Below, in pieces: positions 1-10,601 of a DNA stretch of 64,000 bases (positions are counted from its first letter, which is position 1; each line of letters opens with the position of its first letter). Source of the stretch: Caldisericia bacterium (GTDB lineage Bacteria > Caldisericota > Caldisericia > JAAYUI01). The notes below the pieces were generated by a model. The model did no database searches and was not told where the DNA came from. It was given only the letters and a program-made list of their open reading frames with translations. The translations under genes and the position numbers were made by a program. The stretch spans positions 2,016,001-2,080,000 of the forward strand of contig OY771555.1 of NCBI GenBank assembly GCA_963674785.1, in the 5' to 3' direction.

Positions 1-998
1 AGCTTTTTTATATCCTTATACGAGAAAAATATCTCGTTGCTTATTCCAACCTTTTGCTCAATGGGCATGTCAAATCTTTTATCACCATAAACACATTTGA
101 TTGAGTTGATATCTCTTCCCAACGATTGTTGTTTCCAAATCTCGACCACCAAACTATCAATAACTGCTGCACCAGGTTTTGATGTAATCCTGCCATTGTT
201 TTGAACGGTAAGCTTTACAGGTTTAACAGATAATGATAACTCGAGAGCTTTTATAATGTTCCATGGTTCAATAATCTGACCAGAGGCGTTTGTCAAAACC
301 ATCTTCTTTTTTAGAATGATTTTCATGATTATGGTGACAAGCTTTTCCAAGTTCATATTAATTTTTGAAATCAACTCAAAAACGGAAATTCCATCAATTA
401 TATGCCAAAAGACTTGAGTTTCTTCCTGACTTAATCCAACCCTGATTGGTTTAGGGAAAAGGAACAGGTTTTCAACGGACTCGCTTTGAACCGCCTTTAT
501 CAAACCCTCAAGCATCAATTCCTCAAGGGATGAGATTAACTCAGCAGTTGATCCACTGTATAGCGTTTGGATTCGAGAGAATAACTCACCACTTCCAATT
601 ATGTTCAAGATCGTCCATTTTTTGACATCGTAGGTATCAGTTTCAACTTTTTTATTTGAATTCGGAGAAATGATTGAATTCTTGTCGATAGACACCCCTG
701 TCTTATTTCTGGAGGTTAGAAAAAGATCGAGTTCACTTATTTCGTCCATAGATAAATTTGACTTCACATCAGGTCTAGATTCAAATCGAAAACTTGGTGA
801 TGAGACTTTCCTGATAAGGTTAACAGCCTTTGATCCTTCATCCAATCGTGAAACTGCTCCAACAATCTCACCATCCTTAAAATGAAGCTCCCCAGACTCT
901 CCTTCCTCATCAAGAAAAAGAATCCCAGTCTCCATTTTTCCGTGTAATAGCTTCACTAATACGGAATAGTCTCTATTCTCAATTTTACCTGCAAGCAT
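1..998 (-). CDS. DUF4388 (PatA_N)-domain protein, 3' end runs off the window
   Basis: Not in the ORF track. Manual reverse translation from ATG 998 gives MLAGKIENRDYSVLVKLLHGKMETGILFLDEEGESGELHFKDGEIVGA, a typical DUF4388 N-terminus, and stays open to position 1. Confidence 0.75.
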   Translation of the reverse strand, partial: MLAGKIENRDYSVLVKLLHGKMETGILFLDEEGESGELHFKDGEIVGAVSRLDEGSKAVNLIRKVSSPSFRFESRPDVKSNLSMDEISELDLFLTSRNKTGVSIDKNSIISPNSNKKVETDTYDVKKWTILNIIGSGELFSRIQTLYSGSTAELISSLEELMLEGLIKAVQSESVENLFLFPKPIRVGLSQEETQVFWHIIDGISVFELISKINMNLEKLVTIIMKIILKKKMVLTNASGQIIEPWNIIKALELSLSVKPVKLTVQNNGRITSKPGAAVIDSLVVEIWKQQSLGRDINSIKCVYGDKRFDMPIEQKVGISNEIFFSYKDIKK

Positions 999-1139
999 CG
1001 CAATAAAATATTATCAAATGTAATTAAAATGTCAAATATTAACAAATATATAATGTTTGGGCAAAACGTTCTTGACTCTAACAACGAAGATTGAATAATT
1101 TAATCCTGGTGTTATCATTTGAACCACAAAGGAGGACAA

Positions 1140-2258
1140 ATGAAGGCAGTAGTCAAGACACATCCAAAGCTTGGTGCGCAACTACAAAATGTTGATAAAA
1201 AGTTTGAACTTTTACCTGGTTGGGTATTAATAAAAATTATAGCAACCTCGATTTGTGGAACAGACGTCCACATATGGAACTGGGACAACTGGTCTCAAGG
1301 TCGAATCGGCGAAAAGAATCTTCCCCAGATACTTGGTCACGAATTTGCCGGAGAAGTTGTTGAAGTTGGGCCGTATTGCAACATGGTAAAAGTGGGGGAT
1401 TTTGTTTCCAGTGAGACCCACATCTACGATGATGCCGATCTTACTGCACAGCTTGGGCAAAAGCACATCGGAAAAAACATGAGTATCGTTGGAGTTGATA
1501 TCGATGGGTGTTTTGCCGAATACATAACTGTACCCGAGAAAGTTCTTTGGAAAAATGACAAATCTGTTGCCCCAGAGTTAGCATGCATCCAGGAACCATT
1601 GGGAAATGCAGCATATGCCGTTCTTGGTGAAGATAACGATGTTTACGGAAAGACCCTTATGTTAACAGGAGATGGTCCAGTTTCTCTCTTTGCAGTGGGT
1701 GTTGCAAAAGCTGCTGGGGCTTCAAAGGTCATTCAACTTGGAATGGCTGAAAAGAATATGGAAATCGGCAAAAAGATGGGTGCCGACATCCAGATTTTTG
1801 TAAACAAAACAACTCCTGATGAGATTCATGAGATAGTCATGGATGCAACAAACGGATGGGGTGTTGATATTGCCCTTGAGATGGTTGGATATCAAAACTC
1901 AATCGATGCTTGTTTTAAAAATGTCAGACTTGGTGGACGTGTAACAGCCTTTGGCGTCTCTCCTAACAGTGTTTCAAACATCGACTACAATAATGGAGTT
2001 GTGTTCAAAGGTGTTCAAATACATGGAGTTAATGGCAGGAAAATCTTTGACACTTGGTATCGAAATGGACAGATGCTTGCAGCAGGAAGAATTGATCCAA
2101 CCCCGGTCATTACACATATACTTCCACTTGAAGACTTCGAAAATGGATTCAACATGATCACGGGGAATCCAAGAACTGCGGCAAAGGTAGTCATGTTCCC
2201 AGACAAAAACGAATATGAAGCAGCAATAAAGAGACAAAAGACAAGAGGAGGAGAGTAA
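1140..2258 (+). CDS. tdh: L-threonine 3-dehydrogenase-like zinc-binding dehydrogenase
   Basis: SICGTDVHI and GHEF catalytic Zn motifs, GRKIFDTW, directly upstream of kbl; SD GGAGG before ATG 1140. Confidence 0.85.
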   Translation: MKAVVKTHPKLGAQLQNVDKKFELLPGWVLIKIIATSICGTDVHIWNWDNWSQGRIGEKNLPQILGHEFAGEVVEVGPYCNMVKVGDFVSSETHIYDDADLTAQLGQKHIGKNMSIVGVDIDGCFAEYITVPEKVLWKNDKSVAPELACIQEPLGNAAYAVLGEDNDVYGKTLMLTGDGPVSLFAVGVAKAAGASKVIQLGMAEKNMEIGKKMGADIQIFVNKTTPDEIHEIVMDATNGWGVDIALEMVGYQNSIDACFKNVRLGGRVTAFGVSPNSVSNIDYNNGVVFKGVQIHGVNGRKIFDTWYRNGQMLAAGRIDPTPVITHILPLEDFENGFNMITGNPRTAAKVVMFPDKNEYEAAIKRQKTRGGE

Positions 2259-2260
2259 TT

Positions 2261-3511
2261 ATGTCATTTAAGAAGGCAAAAGCTTTTTTCGAATCAGAAC
2301 TCAAAGAAATCAAGGAAGCTGGATTATATAAAGACGAAAGGATAATAACAACCGCACAGGCTGGTCCAGTCAAAGTAAAATTCCCAGAAAATGCTCCCGA
2401 GACAAACCAGATCAATTTTTGTGCGAATAACTATCTTGGACTCTCTTCACATCCAGAGATTTTAAAAGCTGCCCATGCTGGACTAGATTCTCATGGTTAC
2501 GGAATGTCATCAGTCAGGTTTATCTGTGGGACACAGGACATTCACAAAGAACTCGAAAGAAAAATGTCAGCATTCCTTGAAACTGACGATACAATCCTTT
2601 ATTCATCTTGTTTTGATGCAAATGGTGGTCTCTTTGAAACCATCCTTAAAAAAGAGGATGCAATCATTACTGATGAACTCAATCACGCATCAATCATTGA
2701 TGGAATAAGACTTTGCAAAGCCCAGAGATACATCTACAAACATGCTGACATGGAAGACCTTGAGGCAAAACTGAAAGAGGCAACCGATGCTGGTGCAAGA
2801 CACATAATGGTCGCCACCGATGGAGTTTTTTCGATGGATGGAGACATTGCAAAGCTCGACAAAATCTGTGATATTGCAGAAAAATATGATGCACTTGTGA
2901 TGGTTGATGATTCACATGCAACCGGTTTCATTGGTAAACATGGCAAAGGCACCCACGAACACAATGGTGTAATTGGAAGAGTTGACGTGATCACAACAAC
3001 ATTTGGAAAAGCTCTTGGTGGAGCTTCTGGTGGTTGCACATCAGGCAGAAAAGAAATCATCGACATGCTCAGACAACGCTCAAGACCATATCTTTTCTCA
3101 AATAGTATTCCTCCTGTTGTTGCAAATGCTGCAATCAAAGTCATTGATATTTTGAGTAAAACAACGGAGCGAAGAGACAAACTCGAAGAAAACACAAAAT
3201 ACTTCAGAGATAAAATGACTGAAGCAGGATTCGACATCACACCAGGAATTCATCCAATAGTTCCAATTATGCTTTATAACGCAAATCTGGCACAGAGCAT
3301 CAGCAAAGAGCTTTATGAGGACGGTATTTTTGCAATAGGATTCTTTTATCCTGTTGTCCAAAAAGGACAAGCAAGAATTAGAGTTCAGGTTTCAGCAGGA
3401 CATGAAAAAGAACATCTTGATAAAGCAATCGAAGTTTTCACAAAACTCGGCAAGAAATACGATATCCTCCATAAATCTAAAGATCAGATTATTGAAAAAT
3501 ACGGTCTTTGA
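2261..3511 (+). CDS. kbl: glycine C-acetyltransferase (2-amino-3-ketobutyrate CoA ligase)
   Basis: [32 protein letters not shown] and TFGKALGG (PLP Lys) motifs. Confidence 0.95.
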   Translation: MSFKKAKAFFESELKEIKEAGLYKDERIITTAQAGPVKVKFPENAPETNQINFCANNYLGLSSHPEILKAAHAGLDSHGYGMSSVRFICGTQDIHKELERKMSAFLETDDTILYSSCFDANGGLFETILKKEDAIITDELNHASIIDGIRLCKAQRYIYKHADMEDLEAKLKEATDAGARHIMVATDGVFSMDGDIAKLDKICDIAEKYDALVMVDDSHATGFIGKHGKGTHEHNGVIGRVDVITTTFGKALGGASGGCTSGRKEIIDMLRQRSRPYLFSNSIPPVVANAAIKVIDILSKTTERRDKLEENTKYFRDKMTEAGFDITPGIHPIVPIMLYNANLAQSISKELYEDGIFAIGFFYPVVQKGQARIRVQVSAGHEKEHLDKAIEVFTKLGKKYDILHKSKDQIIEKYGL

Positions 3512-3530
3512 TATTGAATAAAACTCATAG

Positions 3531-3569
3531 AAAAAACACCTCCCTCAAGGCTTGAGGGAGGTGTTTTTT
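3531..3569. terminator. bidirectional intrinsic terminator
   Basis: AAAAAACACCTCCCTCAAG-G-CTTGAGGGAGGTGTTTTTT perfect inverted repeat between convergent genes. Confidence 0.9.
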
Positions 3570-4374
3570 ATTGGAAAGACAAAAAAAGGTGATCTAAAAA
3601 ACCCTCAACGGTTAAAAGTCCTTTTTCAAGTTGATCAAGATATTTGTAATCGAATTTTACTAAAATCACATCTCCTGATGAGAGGTTTGTCATCAGGAGA
3701 TTTACTTTATCAATGTAAACATCTATTTCATCGGCTGCGATTTGAATACATATAAGCAGATCAGATAACTCATCCTGCCAAGAATCGAAACTGACAAGCT
3801 CAATATCCACTGAGAGATTCTTGGTCCCTTCAAAGTTGAAAAGATACTTTCTGTCGGTCCCAGGATGACTCACCTTATAAATCTCACCAAGAAAACTTAG
3901 AAACAATTCAGGTTTTGCTGCAGTGTTTATCATTTCTAACTTTGGTGTATTTCTCAAAATAACATCAACCCAAAAGCTTCTAACCGAAACATCGCCACTT
4001 TTCAGTTCTTCAAACTTTGAAACCTCAACAATATATGTTGTTTTCCAGTTGCCGCTGCATACCTCAAGCCTAATGGATTTAAAACTATGTTTTGTCTCAT
4101 TAAGTTTTTCAACAAGTCTGTTGGAAACCTCAAAAGCTGTCAAAAAGCATTCAGTTTCTTGGGACTCATCGGCAATCTCTACCCTTACATCAAGCATCTC
4201 ATGATCGGTTGGATTCTGCGATATATTTACCCCAGGATAATCAAGTTTTAAAACAGAAACATCAGACACAATATTTCCAGAGCTTATTCTTTGCCTTCCT
4301 GAGATAAATCCGAGTGACCCAAACAAAAGAATTAAAGCAACTAATGCATAGAATGAGAAACGTTTCAACTCCAT
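3568..4374 (-). CDS. hypothetical membrane-anchored or secreted protein with a two-domain internal repeat
   Basis: 268-aa ORF, N-terminal hydrophobic helix, own promoter. Confidence 0.7.
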   Translation of the reverse strand: MELKRFSFYALVALILLFGSLGFISGRQRISSGNIVSDVSVLKLDYPGVNISQNPTDHEMLDVRVEIADESQETECFLTAFEVSNRLVEKLNETKHSFKSIRLEVCSGNWKTTYIVEVSKFEELKSGDVSVRSFWVDVILRNTPKLEMINTAAKPELFLSFLGEIYKVSHPGTDRKYLFNFEGTKNLSVDIELVSFDSWQDELSDLLICIQIAADEIDVYIDKVNLLMTNLSSGDVILVKFDYKYLDQLEKGLLTVEGFLDHLFLSFQ

Positions 4375-4382
4375 CAGAGAAG

Positions 4383-4411
4383 ATTTTACAGGATTTTTTG
4401 ATAAGTATCAA
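4383..4411 (-). promoter_or_regulatory. sigma70 promoter, probably leaderless
   Basis: TTGATA-N17-TAAAAT, 8 nt before ATG 4374, no SD. Confidence 0.7.
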
Positions 4412-4564
4412 ATCTCTTCCGAAACAATCTTCGTATAAAAACAATCTTAGAAACTGGAAAGCAGTTTTCTAATGCCCAAATTTGATATTTTACCCAAACT
4501 TCACGGCACTTTGTTGTGTAGTTTCATTGAATTAATAGAATAAATGAATCAAAGGAGGTTCAAT

Positions 4565-5563
4565 ATGAAGAAAGCTATATTGGCACTTGCACTCATTCTC
4601 GTCGTTGGTATCGTAATCGGTATGACACCAGTCGCCGGTGGATGCGGTTTGTTTGATAAAGTTGGAAGAACATTTGTGTTTCAGCCAGTCGCAAATTATA
4701 AACCACACCAGGTAGATGGTCTACCACACGCTGACAATCATTCGCATTATCAGTTTGATAATGTAACTGGCAAAGATCAGAAATTCACTGGTGTTTGTTA
4801 CTATCTTGGTCCGGACAAATCTTGGGATGAATACTGGAGCATCGTTCAGTTCTGCTTCTCAGATGCATGCTATTTCCCAGGTGTACCAGGTGAAACAGGC
4901 TCAGCAATCAAAAACAACTCTCCTGAGGCAATGACTGCACAGTTTGCCCCTCCAGGTACCTCAGATGAGGCAAAATTTGGTAAATTTGGAACAGGTAAGG
5001 TTGAGGTTTATCCAACTGCAGACAAGGACTGCAAAGGCACAATGTACATTGCAGGCATCCATATTCCATTTACAAAAATCTCGCTTAAGATTGACGATGC
5101 AGACATGGTGGTCGAAAAATGCACAGAGTGGAGAAAAACCGGAAGACCATACGAAGGCAGATACCCACTTGTCGCAGAAACAAAAAAACTTGACCAGGCT
5201 GCAACAATCGTTAGTGGCAGAACATACATCCCACTTCGTGCACTTGCCGATGAAATGTACTCAGAAGTTGGTTGGGAAGCCTCAACAAGAACAGCATCAT
5301 TTACAATTAGCGAAGGAAACTGCTACTACAAGATGGCTCTCCAGATTGATAACGACACTGCAACCTGCACACTTAAAGCAGGAGATGGCAAGGTTTTGAC
5401 AGACAAAATCAAAATGTCAGCACCAGCAATCATCATGAACGGAAGAACACTTGTTCCAGTCAGATCACTTGGTGAAGAACTCATGGGTGGAGAAATCCTT
5501 TGGGATGGCGACACAAAAACAGTCACACTCTACCTTCCTCCACGTGAACATACAGAAGACTAG
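4565..5563 (+). CDS. secreted protein with C-terminal copper amine oxidase N-terminal (stalk) domain
   Basis: Signal peptide MKKAILALAL; GRTYIPLRALAD..VGWE and NGRTLVPVRSLGE..ILWDGDTKTVT stalk motifs; SD AAGGAGG. Confidence 0.85.
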   Translation: MKKAILALALILVVGIVIGMTPVAGGCGLFDKVGRTFVFQPVANYKPHQVDGLPHADNHSHYQFDNVTGKDQKFTGVCYYLGPDKSWDEYWSIVQFCFSDACYFPGVPGETGSAIKNNSPEAMTAQFAPPGTSDEAKFGKFGTGKVEVYPTADKDCKGTMYIAGIHIPFTKISLKIDDADMVVEKCTEWRKTGRPYEGRYPLVAETKKLDQAATIVSGRTYIPLRALADEMYSEVGWEASTRTASFTISEGNCYYKMALQIDNDTATCTLKAGDGKVLTDKIKMSAPAIIMNGRTLVPVRSLGEELMGGEILWDGDTKTVTLYLPPREHTED

Positions 5564-5593
5564 TAGAAGCTAAATCACATATAATTTGGAATC

Positions 5594-5625
5594 AAAACCG
5601 GTCAGATTTTCTGACCGGTTTTTTT
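5594..5625 (+). terminator. intrinsic terminator
   Basis: AAAACCGGTCAG-ATTTT-CTGACCGGTTTTTTT. Confidence 0.85.
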
Positions 5626-5670
5626 ATTGCTTAACCACATTCGTTGGTTTTTCTGGTATCTATATACCTC

Positions 5671-6285
5671 ATGAGAATTAAATATTTTTTGATACTTTTC
5701 CTTGTTATGGCAATGATTTCAGGATGCGGAGAGGTTGAAAGGGAGATAATCGTTGAAACTGATGTAAGTCAACCTGAGCATCAAAAAAAGCTCGAGTCCA
5801 CATCAATTACCGATAGAGAAAAAAAGATAATCGAGTCTGGTGGATATGAGAGAAAAAAATTCCCTGCCGTCAGACCACTTTTTACGGAGTCGACTGATTG
5901 GACAATTAAGTTCGAGAACAATACCTACAAAATCTCACTCACAGGTGGCAGAGGAGAAATTGAAATAAAACCCATTAAACCTGATACAGATGATCCAATG
6001 AAATGGATAGATGAAAAGATGGCTGAGCTTTCTAGTATGGGTTACTACTTCGCAAAAAAAGCATATGCTGATAATCTTGCAGTGGCTGCAGATAATAGAG
6101 ATGCAAGAATGTTGATGGAAGAAGATTTTGAAAAATACTTTGACCCAAATGTTGTAACAATAACAGGCTTTTTTGGCAATATCGACTCCATCTGGCAGAT
6201 GAATGGTTACATAAAAAATGAAATGGACTACAACCTAGTTATTCAGCTTACTGAAGGGTCAACACAGATACCTTGGGAAGAGTAG
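5671..6285 (+). CDS. hypothetical lipoprotein
   Basis: Hydrophobic N-terminus with lipobox ISGC. Confidence 0.7.
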   Translation: MRIKYFLILFLVMAMISGCGEVEREIIVETDVSQPEHQKKLESTSITDREKKIIESGGYERKKFPAVRPLFTESTDWTIKFENNTYKISLTGGRGEIEIKPIKPDTDDPMKWIDEKMAELSSMGYYFAKKAYADNLAVAADNRDARMLMEEDFEKYFDPNVVTITGFFGNIDSIWQMNGYIKNEMDYNLVIQLTEGSTQIPWEE

Positions 6286-7151
6286 TTAATTTCTACTTAC
6301 CAGGAATGTTTTCACAGCTCGGGGAAACTGGAAAATATCCTGGAGTTTCAATAACAGGAAGCCACTGTGATCTGAATTGTGATCACTGTGGAGCAAAAAT
6401 TCTGCTTACTATGCCTAACTGCGATACCCCCGAAAAACTTACGGAATACGCATTAAACGCAGAAAAAAAAGGTGCTCTAGGTATTCTTGTTTCAGGCGGT
6501 TCCAGATCAACAGGAGAATTACCTTGGGAAGCATTCTCAGATACTCTTAGACAAATCAAAAAGAGAACAAACCTGTTTTTATCTGTCCATTGTGGCTTTC
6601 CAAATAAAAAACAGATGAAATTACTCGAAGAAGCTCGGATTGATCAGGCTTTAATTGATGTAATTGGCGATAATGAGATTGCGAGAAAGGTTTATCATCT
6701 TCCTCCTGGATACGCAAATGCTGCTGTCGAGGCAGCATTTTCTACATCTGTCGAAGTTGTTCCACATATATTAGTTGGTTTAAATTTTGGAAAGTTTTCA
6801 AATGAAGAGAAAGCGATTGATACGCTCAGAGAATTCCACCCAAAAAAAGTTGTCATAATAGCACTGAGACCAACAAAGGGAACACCAATGGAAAAAGTTA
6901 CTCCTCCATCTCCGGAAAGAGTTACCGAAGTAATCAAATATGCAAAAAATGTATTGCCTGAGTCAATAATAAACCTTGGGTGTGCAAGACCCGTTGGTTA
7001 TCACAAAAGAGAACTTGATAAGCTCGCACTTCTTGCAGGGATAGATGGAATTGCAGTTCCTGCTCTGGGGACATATGAATGGGCAGCCGCAAATGGTTTT
7101 GAAATAAAAAAATATCCTACCTGTTGCTCAATGAATAATCCAGATAGCTAA
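6273..7151 (+). CDS. radical SAM protein, LipS1-like (COG1856-type)
   Basis: CDLNCDHC radical SAM motif plus C-terminal GCAR and CC motifs. Confidence 0.8.
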   Translation: MGRVVNFYLPGMFSQLGETGKYPGVSITGSHCDLNCDHCGAKILLTMPNCDTPEKLTEYALNAEKKGALGILVSGGSRSTGELPWEAFSDTLRQIKKRTNLFLSVHCGFPNKKQMKLLEEARIDQALIDVIGDNEIARKVYHLPPGYANAAVEAAFSTSVEVVPHILVGLNFGKFSNEEKAIDTLREFHPKKVVIIALRPTKGTPMEKVTPPSPERVTEVIKYAKNVLPESIINLGCARPVGYHKRELDKLALLAGIDGIAVPALGTYEWAAANGFEIKKYPTCCSMNNPDS

Positions 7152-7227
7152 ATCTATATAGGACTTCCCATCGAGTATGAGATAATTAGATTATGCTGGT
7201 ACTTTTCTAGCAGGGAATCAGTATGGT

Positions 7228-7620
7228 CTAGCCGATCTCCTGTTCACAATCTGTATTGAATACTTCCTTTAATGTAGGAATTTTTACAAATACATAAAGC
7301 TTTGCGGCAACAACAATAAAAATGATTATTCGTATCAACAAGTTATCGAAGATGAAGAAGTTTATCACCAATAATAAACTTACCGGGATAAGTATCCCCA
7401 ACTTGTGTCTTAATGTCATTCCTTTTCTTTTCAAATACGGAAGCAGATATCTTTTATATATTTTTGTCTGCTCAAACCATTTGCTATCTGAGCTCTTCGA
7501 AAAACAAACACAAGCGATAAGCAAAAATGGGACTGTCGGCAAAATTGGTAAAACGATACCAATACCCCCTATCCCAACTGCGAGAATGCCCAGAGTAAAA
7601 AATAAAGCCTTTTTCATCAT
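7228..7620 (-). CDS. YbaN/DUF454 family membrane protein
   Basis: GIGGIGIVLPILPTVPFLL...CFSKSS signature. Confidence 0.85.
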   Translation of the reverse strand: MMKKALFFTLGILAVGIGGIGIVLPILPTVPFLLIACVCFSKSSDSKWFEQTKIYKRYLLPYLKRKGMTLRHKLGILIPVSLLLVINFFIFDNLLIRIIIFIVVAAKLYVFVKIPTLKEVFNTDCEQEIG

Positions 7621-7701
7621 TTTTACTCCAATACCTCTGATGTCATCCTTTCATTGTGTGTATTTGGAACTGCACTGCAAGTAGATGACCGATAAACCAT
7701 T

Positions 7702-8349
7702 TTACCTGTTGCTTCGAAGCAATTCATTGATCGGACATTCTTCGCACAAAGGATTTGATTTTTTACAAAACTCTTTTCCAAGTTTCACAATTAAAGCATG
7801 ATACTCGTTATAAAGTTGATTATCTCCATTCAGCTCATCCATAAAGATTTTTTGGATTCCGTGGTAATCCTCTGCTTCAGATAATCCAATACATCTGGCG
7901 AGTCTTTTGGTGTAAGCATCCACAACAAAAATCTTGTGACCACCAGCATAACAAAGGATTGAATCAGCAGTCTCTGCTCCAATACCCTTTATTGATAAGA
8001 GCTCATCACGAACAGCATATGTTTCATGATCAAGCATTTTTTCAATTGATCCATAATTTTCCAACACATGGTTTGCAAGTCGAAGCAGTTTTTCAGCTTT
8101 TCTGTTGAAATATCCTGAAGACCTAATACACATCTTTAATAAATCGATGTCAGCAAGAATCATTTCTTCAATATCTAAAATATCATTTTCTTTTAGATTA
8201 TTGATTGCTTTTTCTACATTTTTCCAGGAAACCTGTTGAGTCAGGATTGCACCCACAGCAATCTCCCAAGGTGAATCACCTGGCCACCAATATTGTGGAC
8301 CAAAACTCTCAAACAATTCTCGATATATAATCTCTAACAATTTCATCAC
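7702..8349 (-). CDS. endonuclease III-related HhH-GPD DNA glycosylase
   Basis: WWP..SPWEIAVGAILTQ, LLSIKGIGAETADSIL, VVDAYT, EYHALIV. Confidence 0.9.
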   Translation of the reverse strand: MMKLLEIIYRELFESFGPQYWWPGDSPWEIAVGAILTQQVSWKNVEKAINNLKENDILDIEEMILADIDLLKMCIRSSGYFNRKAEKLLRLANHVLENYGSIEKMLDHETYAVRDELLSIKGIGAETADSILCYAGGHKIFVVDAYTKRLARCIGLSEAEDYHGIQKIFMDELNGDNQLYNEYHALIVKLGKEFCKKSNPLCEECPINELLRSNR

Positions 8350-8366
8350 TTAATAATCGATTATAT

Positions 8367-8398
8367 AAAAAAAGGGGCTGAAAGAAATTCAGCCCCTT
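8367..8398 (-). terminator. intrinsic terminator after the aldehyde dehydrogenase operon
   Basis: Minus strand AAGGGGCTGAA-TTTCT-TTCAGCCCCTTTTTTT. Confidence 0.85.
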
Positions 8399-8417
8399 GA
8401 AACTCAAAATTCTAATC

Positions 8418-9902
8418 CTATTTATTATCAATCTGTGCTTTCTGGACGCTTCCTGAGAAATCGATTGTAACAACTTTCCATTCTGAGAATGCATCAATTA
8501 CCTGGACTCCACCTTCACGGTGACCATTACCAGTTCCTTTTACTCCACCAAATGGTGATGAAACCTCTGCACCAATTGTTCCGGCATTGATATAGAAGAG
8601 ACCATTTTTGATGTCACGTGCAGCAACCATTGCTTTGTTAATATCTGCAGTAATAATAGCGGCTGACAAACCAAAGATTGTGTCATTGTTGACTTCAATT
8701 GCCTCTTCAAGTGTGTCAACTGGAATGATTGCAACAACCGGTCCAAAGATTTCTTCTTTGGTGATTCTCATGCCATGCTTGCAATCGGTAAAGATTGTTG
8801 GTTTGTAGAATGACCCTTTTGCAAGTTCGCCCTCTGTTGCGGGTTCACCACCAAGAAGAAGCTTTGCACCTTCTGCCTTTCCAATCTCAACATAATCATG
8901 AATCTTTTTTCTAGAACCCATGTTGATGACCGGGCCGACTTCGGACTTGAGACCATGACCAAGTTTAAGCTTTGATGCGGCGTCTACAAATTTCTTTTCA
9001 AACTCTTCTTTGACACCCTTTTGAATGATGATTCTTGAACAAGCCGTACATCTCTGTCCGGTTGTTCCGAAACATGACCAAATTGCAGAGTCAACTGCAA
9101 GATCAATGTCACCATCATCGAGAATGATCATTGCATTTTTTCCGCCCATTTCGAGTGAGCACTGCTTGAGAGTCTCACCGCACTTAGATGCGATTCTTGT
9201 TCCAATATCGGTTGAGCCTGTAAAGCTGACCATTGCGATATCTTCGTGTGAGAGGATTGCTTCACCAACTTCACCACCACCACCAAGGACAAGGTTTATG
9301 ACGCCAGGATAATCTTTGAGACCTGCATCATAAAGAGCTTTAAAAAATTCTACCATGCAATATGGAGTGTCTGTTGCAGGTTTTGCAACAACAGTGTTTC
9401 CACAAACAAGGGCTGGAGCAATCTTCCATGATGGGATAGCGATTGGGAAGTTCCATGGAGTAATAATTCCACAAACACCAAGAGGGTCTCTTACAACATA
9501 GATGGTCTTATTTGGCATCTCTGAAGGCATTGTTTCACCCTTGAGACGTCTTCCCTCACCACCAATAAGATAACACATGTCGATGGCTTCCTGAACATCA
9601 CCACGAGCCTCAGCAATAACTTTGCCCATCTCACGTGTCATGATGGTTGCGATTTTTTCTTTTCTCTCTTCAAGAATCTGGGCAGTCTTAATGAGAATAT
9701 CTCCTCTTGCTGGCGCTGGAAGTGCTTTCCATTTTTTGAAAGCTTCCTTTGCAGCGGCAACTGCTTCGTTAACATCATTCTTTGTTGAAAGTGTTGCGGT
9801 TGCAATGAGTTCTCCGTTTGCAGGATCACAGTTCTCAAAAGTCTTTCCCGAAGGTGAATCTTTCCAAACACCGTTAATCAAATTCTGTAAATGATCAGCC
9901 AT
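8418..9902 (-). CDS. NAD(P)-dependent aldehyde dehydrogenase
   Basis: [23 protein letters not shown] (catalytic Cys), EEIFGP. Confidence 0.95.
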   Translation of the reverse strand: MADHLQNLINGVWKDSPSGKTFENCDPANGELIATATLSTKNDVNEAVAAAKEAFKKWKALPAPARGDILIKTAQILEERKEKIATIMTREMGKVIAEARGDVQEAIDMCYLIGGEGRRLKGETMPSEMPNKTIYVVRDPLGVCGIITPWNFPIAIPSWKIAPALVCGNTVVAKPATDTPYCMVEFFKALYDAGLKDYPGVINLVLGGGGEVGEAILSHEDIAMVSFTGSTDIGTRIASKCGETLKQCSLEMGGKNAMIILDDGDIDLAVDSAIWSCFGTTGQRCTACSRIIIQKGVKEEFEKKFVDAASKLKLGHGLKSEVGPVINMGSRKKIHDYVEIGKAEGAKLLLGGEPATEGELAKGSFYKPTIFTDCKHGMRITKEEIFGPVVAIIPVDTLEEAIEVNNDTIFGLSAAIITADINKAMVAARDIKNGLFYINAGTIGAEVSSPFGGVKGTGNGHREGGVQVIDAFSEWKVVTIDFSGSVQKAQIDNK

Positions 9903-9914
9903 CTCACACTCCTC

Positions 9915-10601
9915 CTATCGAGTTTTATACTCAAAAGAGCTGATAATCTTATTGAAAAGCTCTTTTTCATAACTTCCAATATTTTCAGAAACTACAGCAA
10001 TTCCATAGAAAGACGCTATCGCCATATCTGCCATTGGTTGTCTGTCTCCGTACATCACATACATAAGTGATTCAATATCACTTTTCGCTGCATCCTTGTT
10101 TAGAAAGACACTGCAAGCATCATAAACAGTGTCACCGGATTGCACAGTGTGTTTCTGATAATCATCGATTGTGCCTTCATAGAAGGTTACTCTGGGGTTA
10201 TCAGTTCCATTGAAATAATATCTGGTTGTGGTTCCCTTCATAAAGATGACAAGTGTTCTTTTTCCAAGCTCCAGACCTTCAACATATCTGTAATCAACAG
10301 TTGAGAGTGGTTCAAGAAGGTCATCAAACTTCTGATCCTTTGGATAAAAAACCACCTCAACACCAGCTCTTACCAAGTCTCTTGGTGGGTCTCTGAAGAG
10401 CATATCTTGGCTTTCCCAATCTTTTGGAATAAGAAAACTAATCCGATCATTTTCATACCTGACCATGTTTTCATCACTAATAACAGAGGTATCTCCATTA
10501 TCATCAGAATTGCTCCCGTTTCCACCACAAGAAACCACCGCGAACAACATACACAAAACAATTGTTGTCGTTATTATCTTCTTCATTAAATCATCCTTCA
10601 T
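9915..10601 (-). CDS. hypothetical lipoprotein
   Basis: Lipobox VVSC; ATGA overlap with the upstream gene (alternative start 10586). Confidence 0.7.
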   Translation of the reverse strand: MKDDLMKKIITTTIVLCMLFAVVSCGGNGSNSDDNGDTSVISDENMVRYENDRISFLIPKDWESQDMLFRDPPRDLVRAGVEVVFYPKDQKFDDLLEPLSTVDYRYVEGLELGKRTLVIFMKGTTTRYYFNGTDNPRVTFYEGTIDDYQKHTVQSGDTVYDACSVFLNKDAAKSDIESLMYVMYGDRQPMADMAIASFYGIAVVSENIGSYEKELFNKIISSFEYKTR

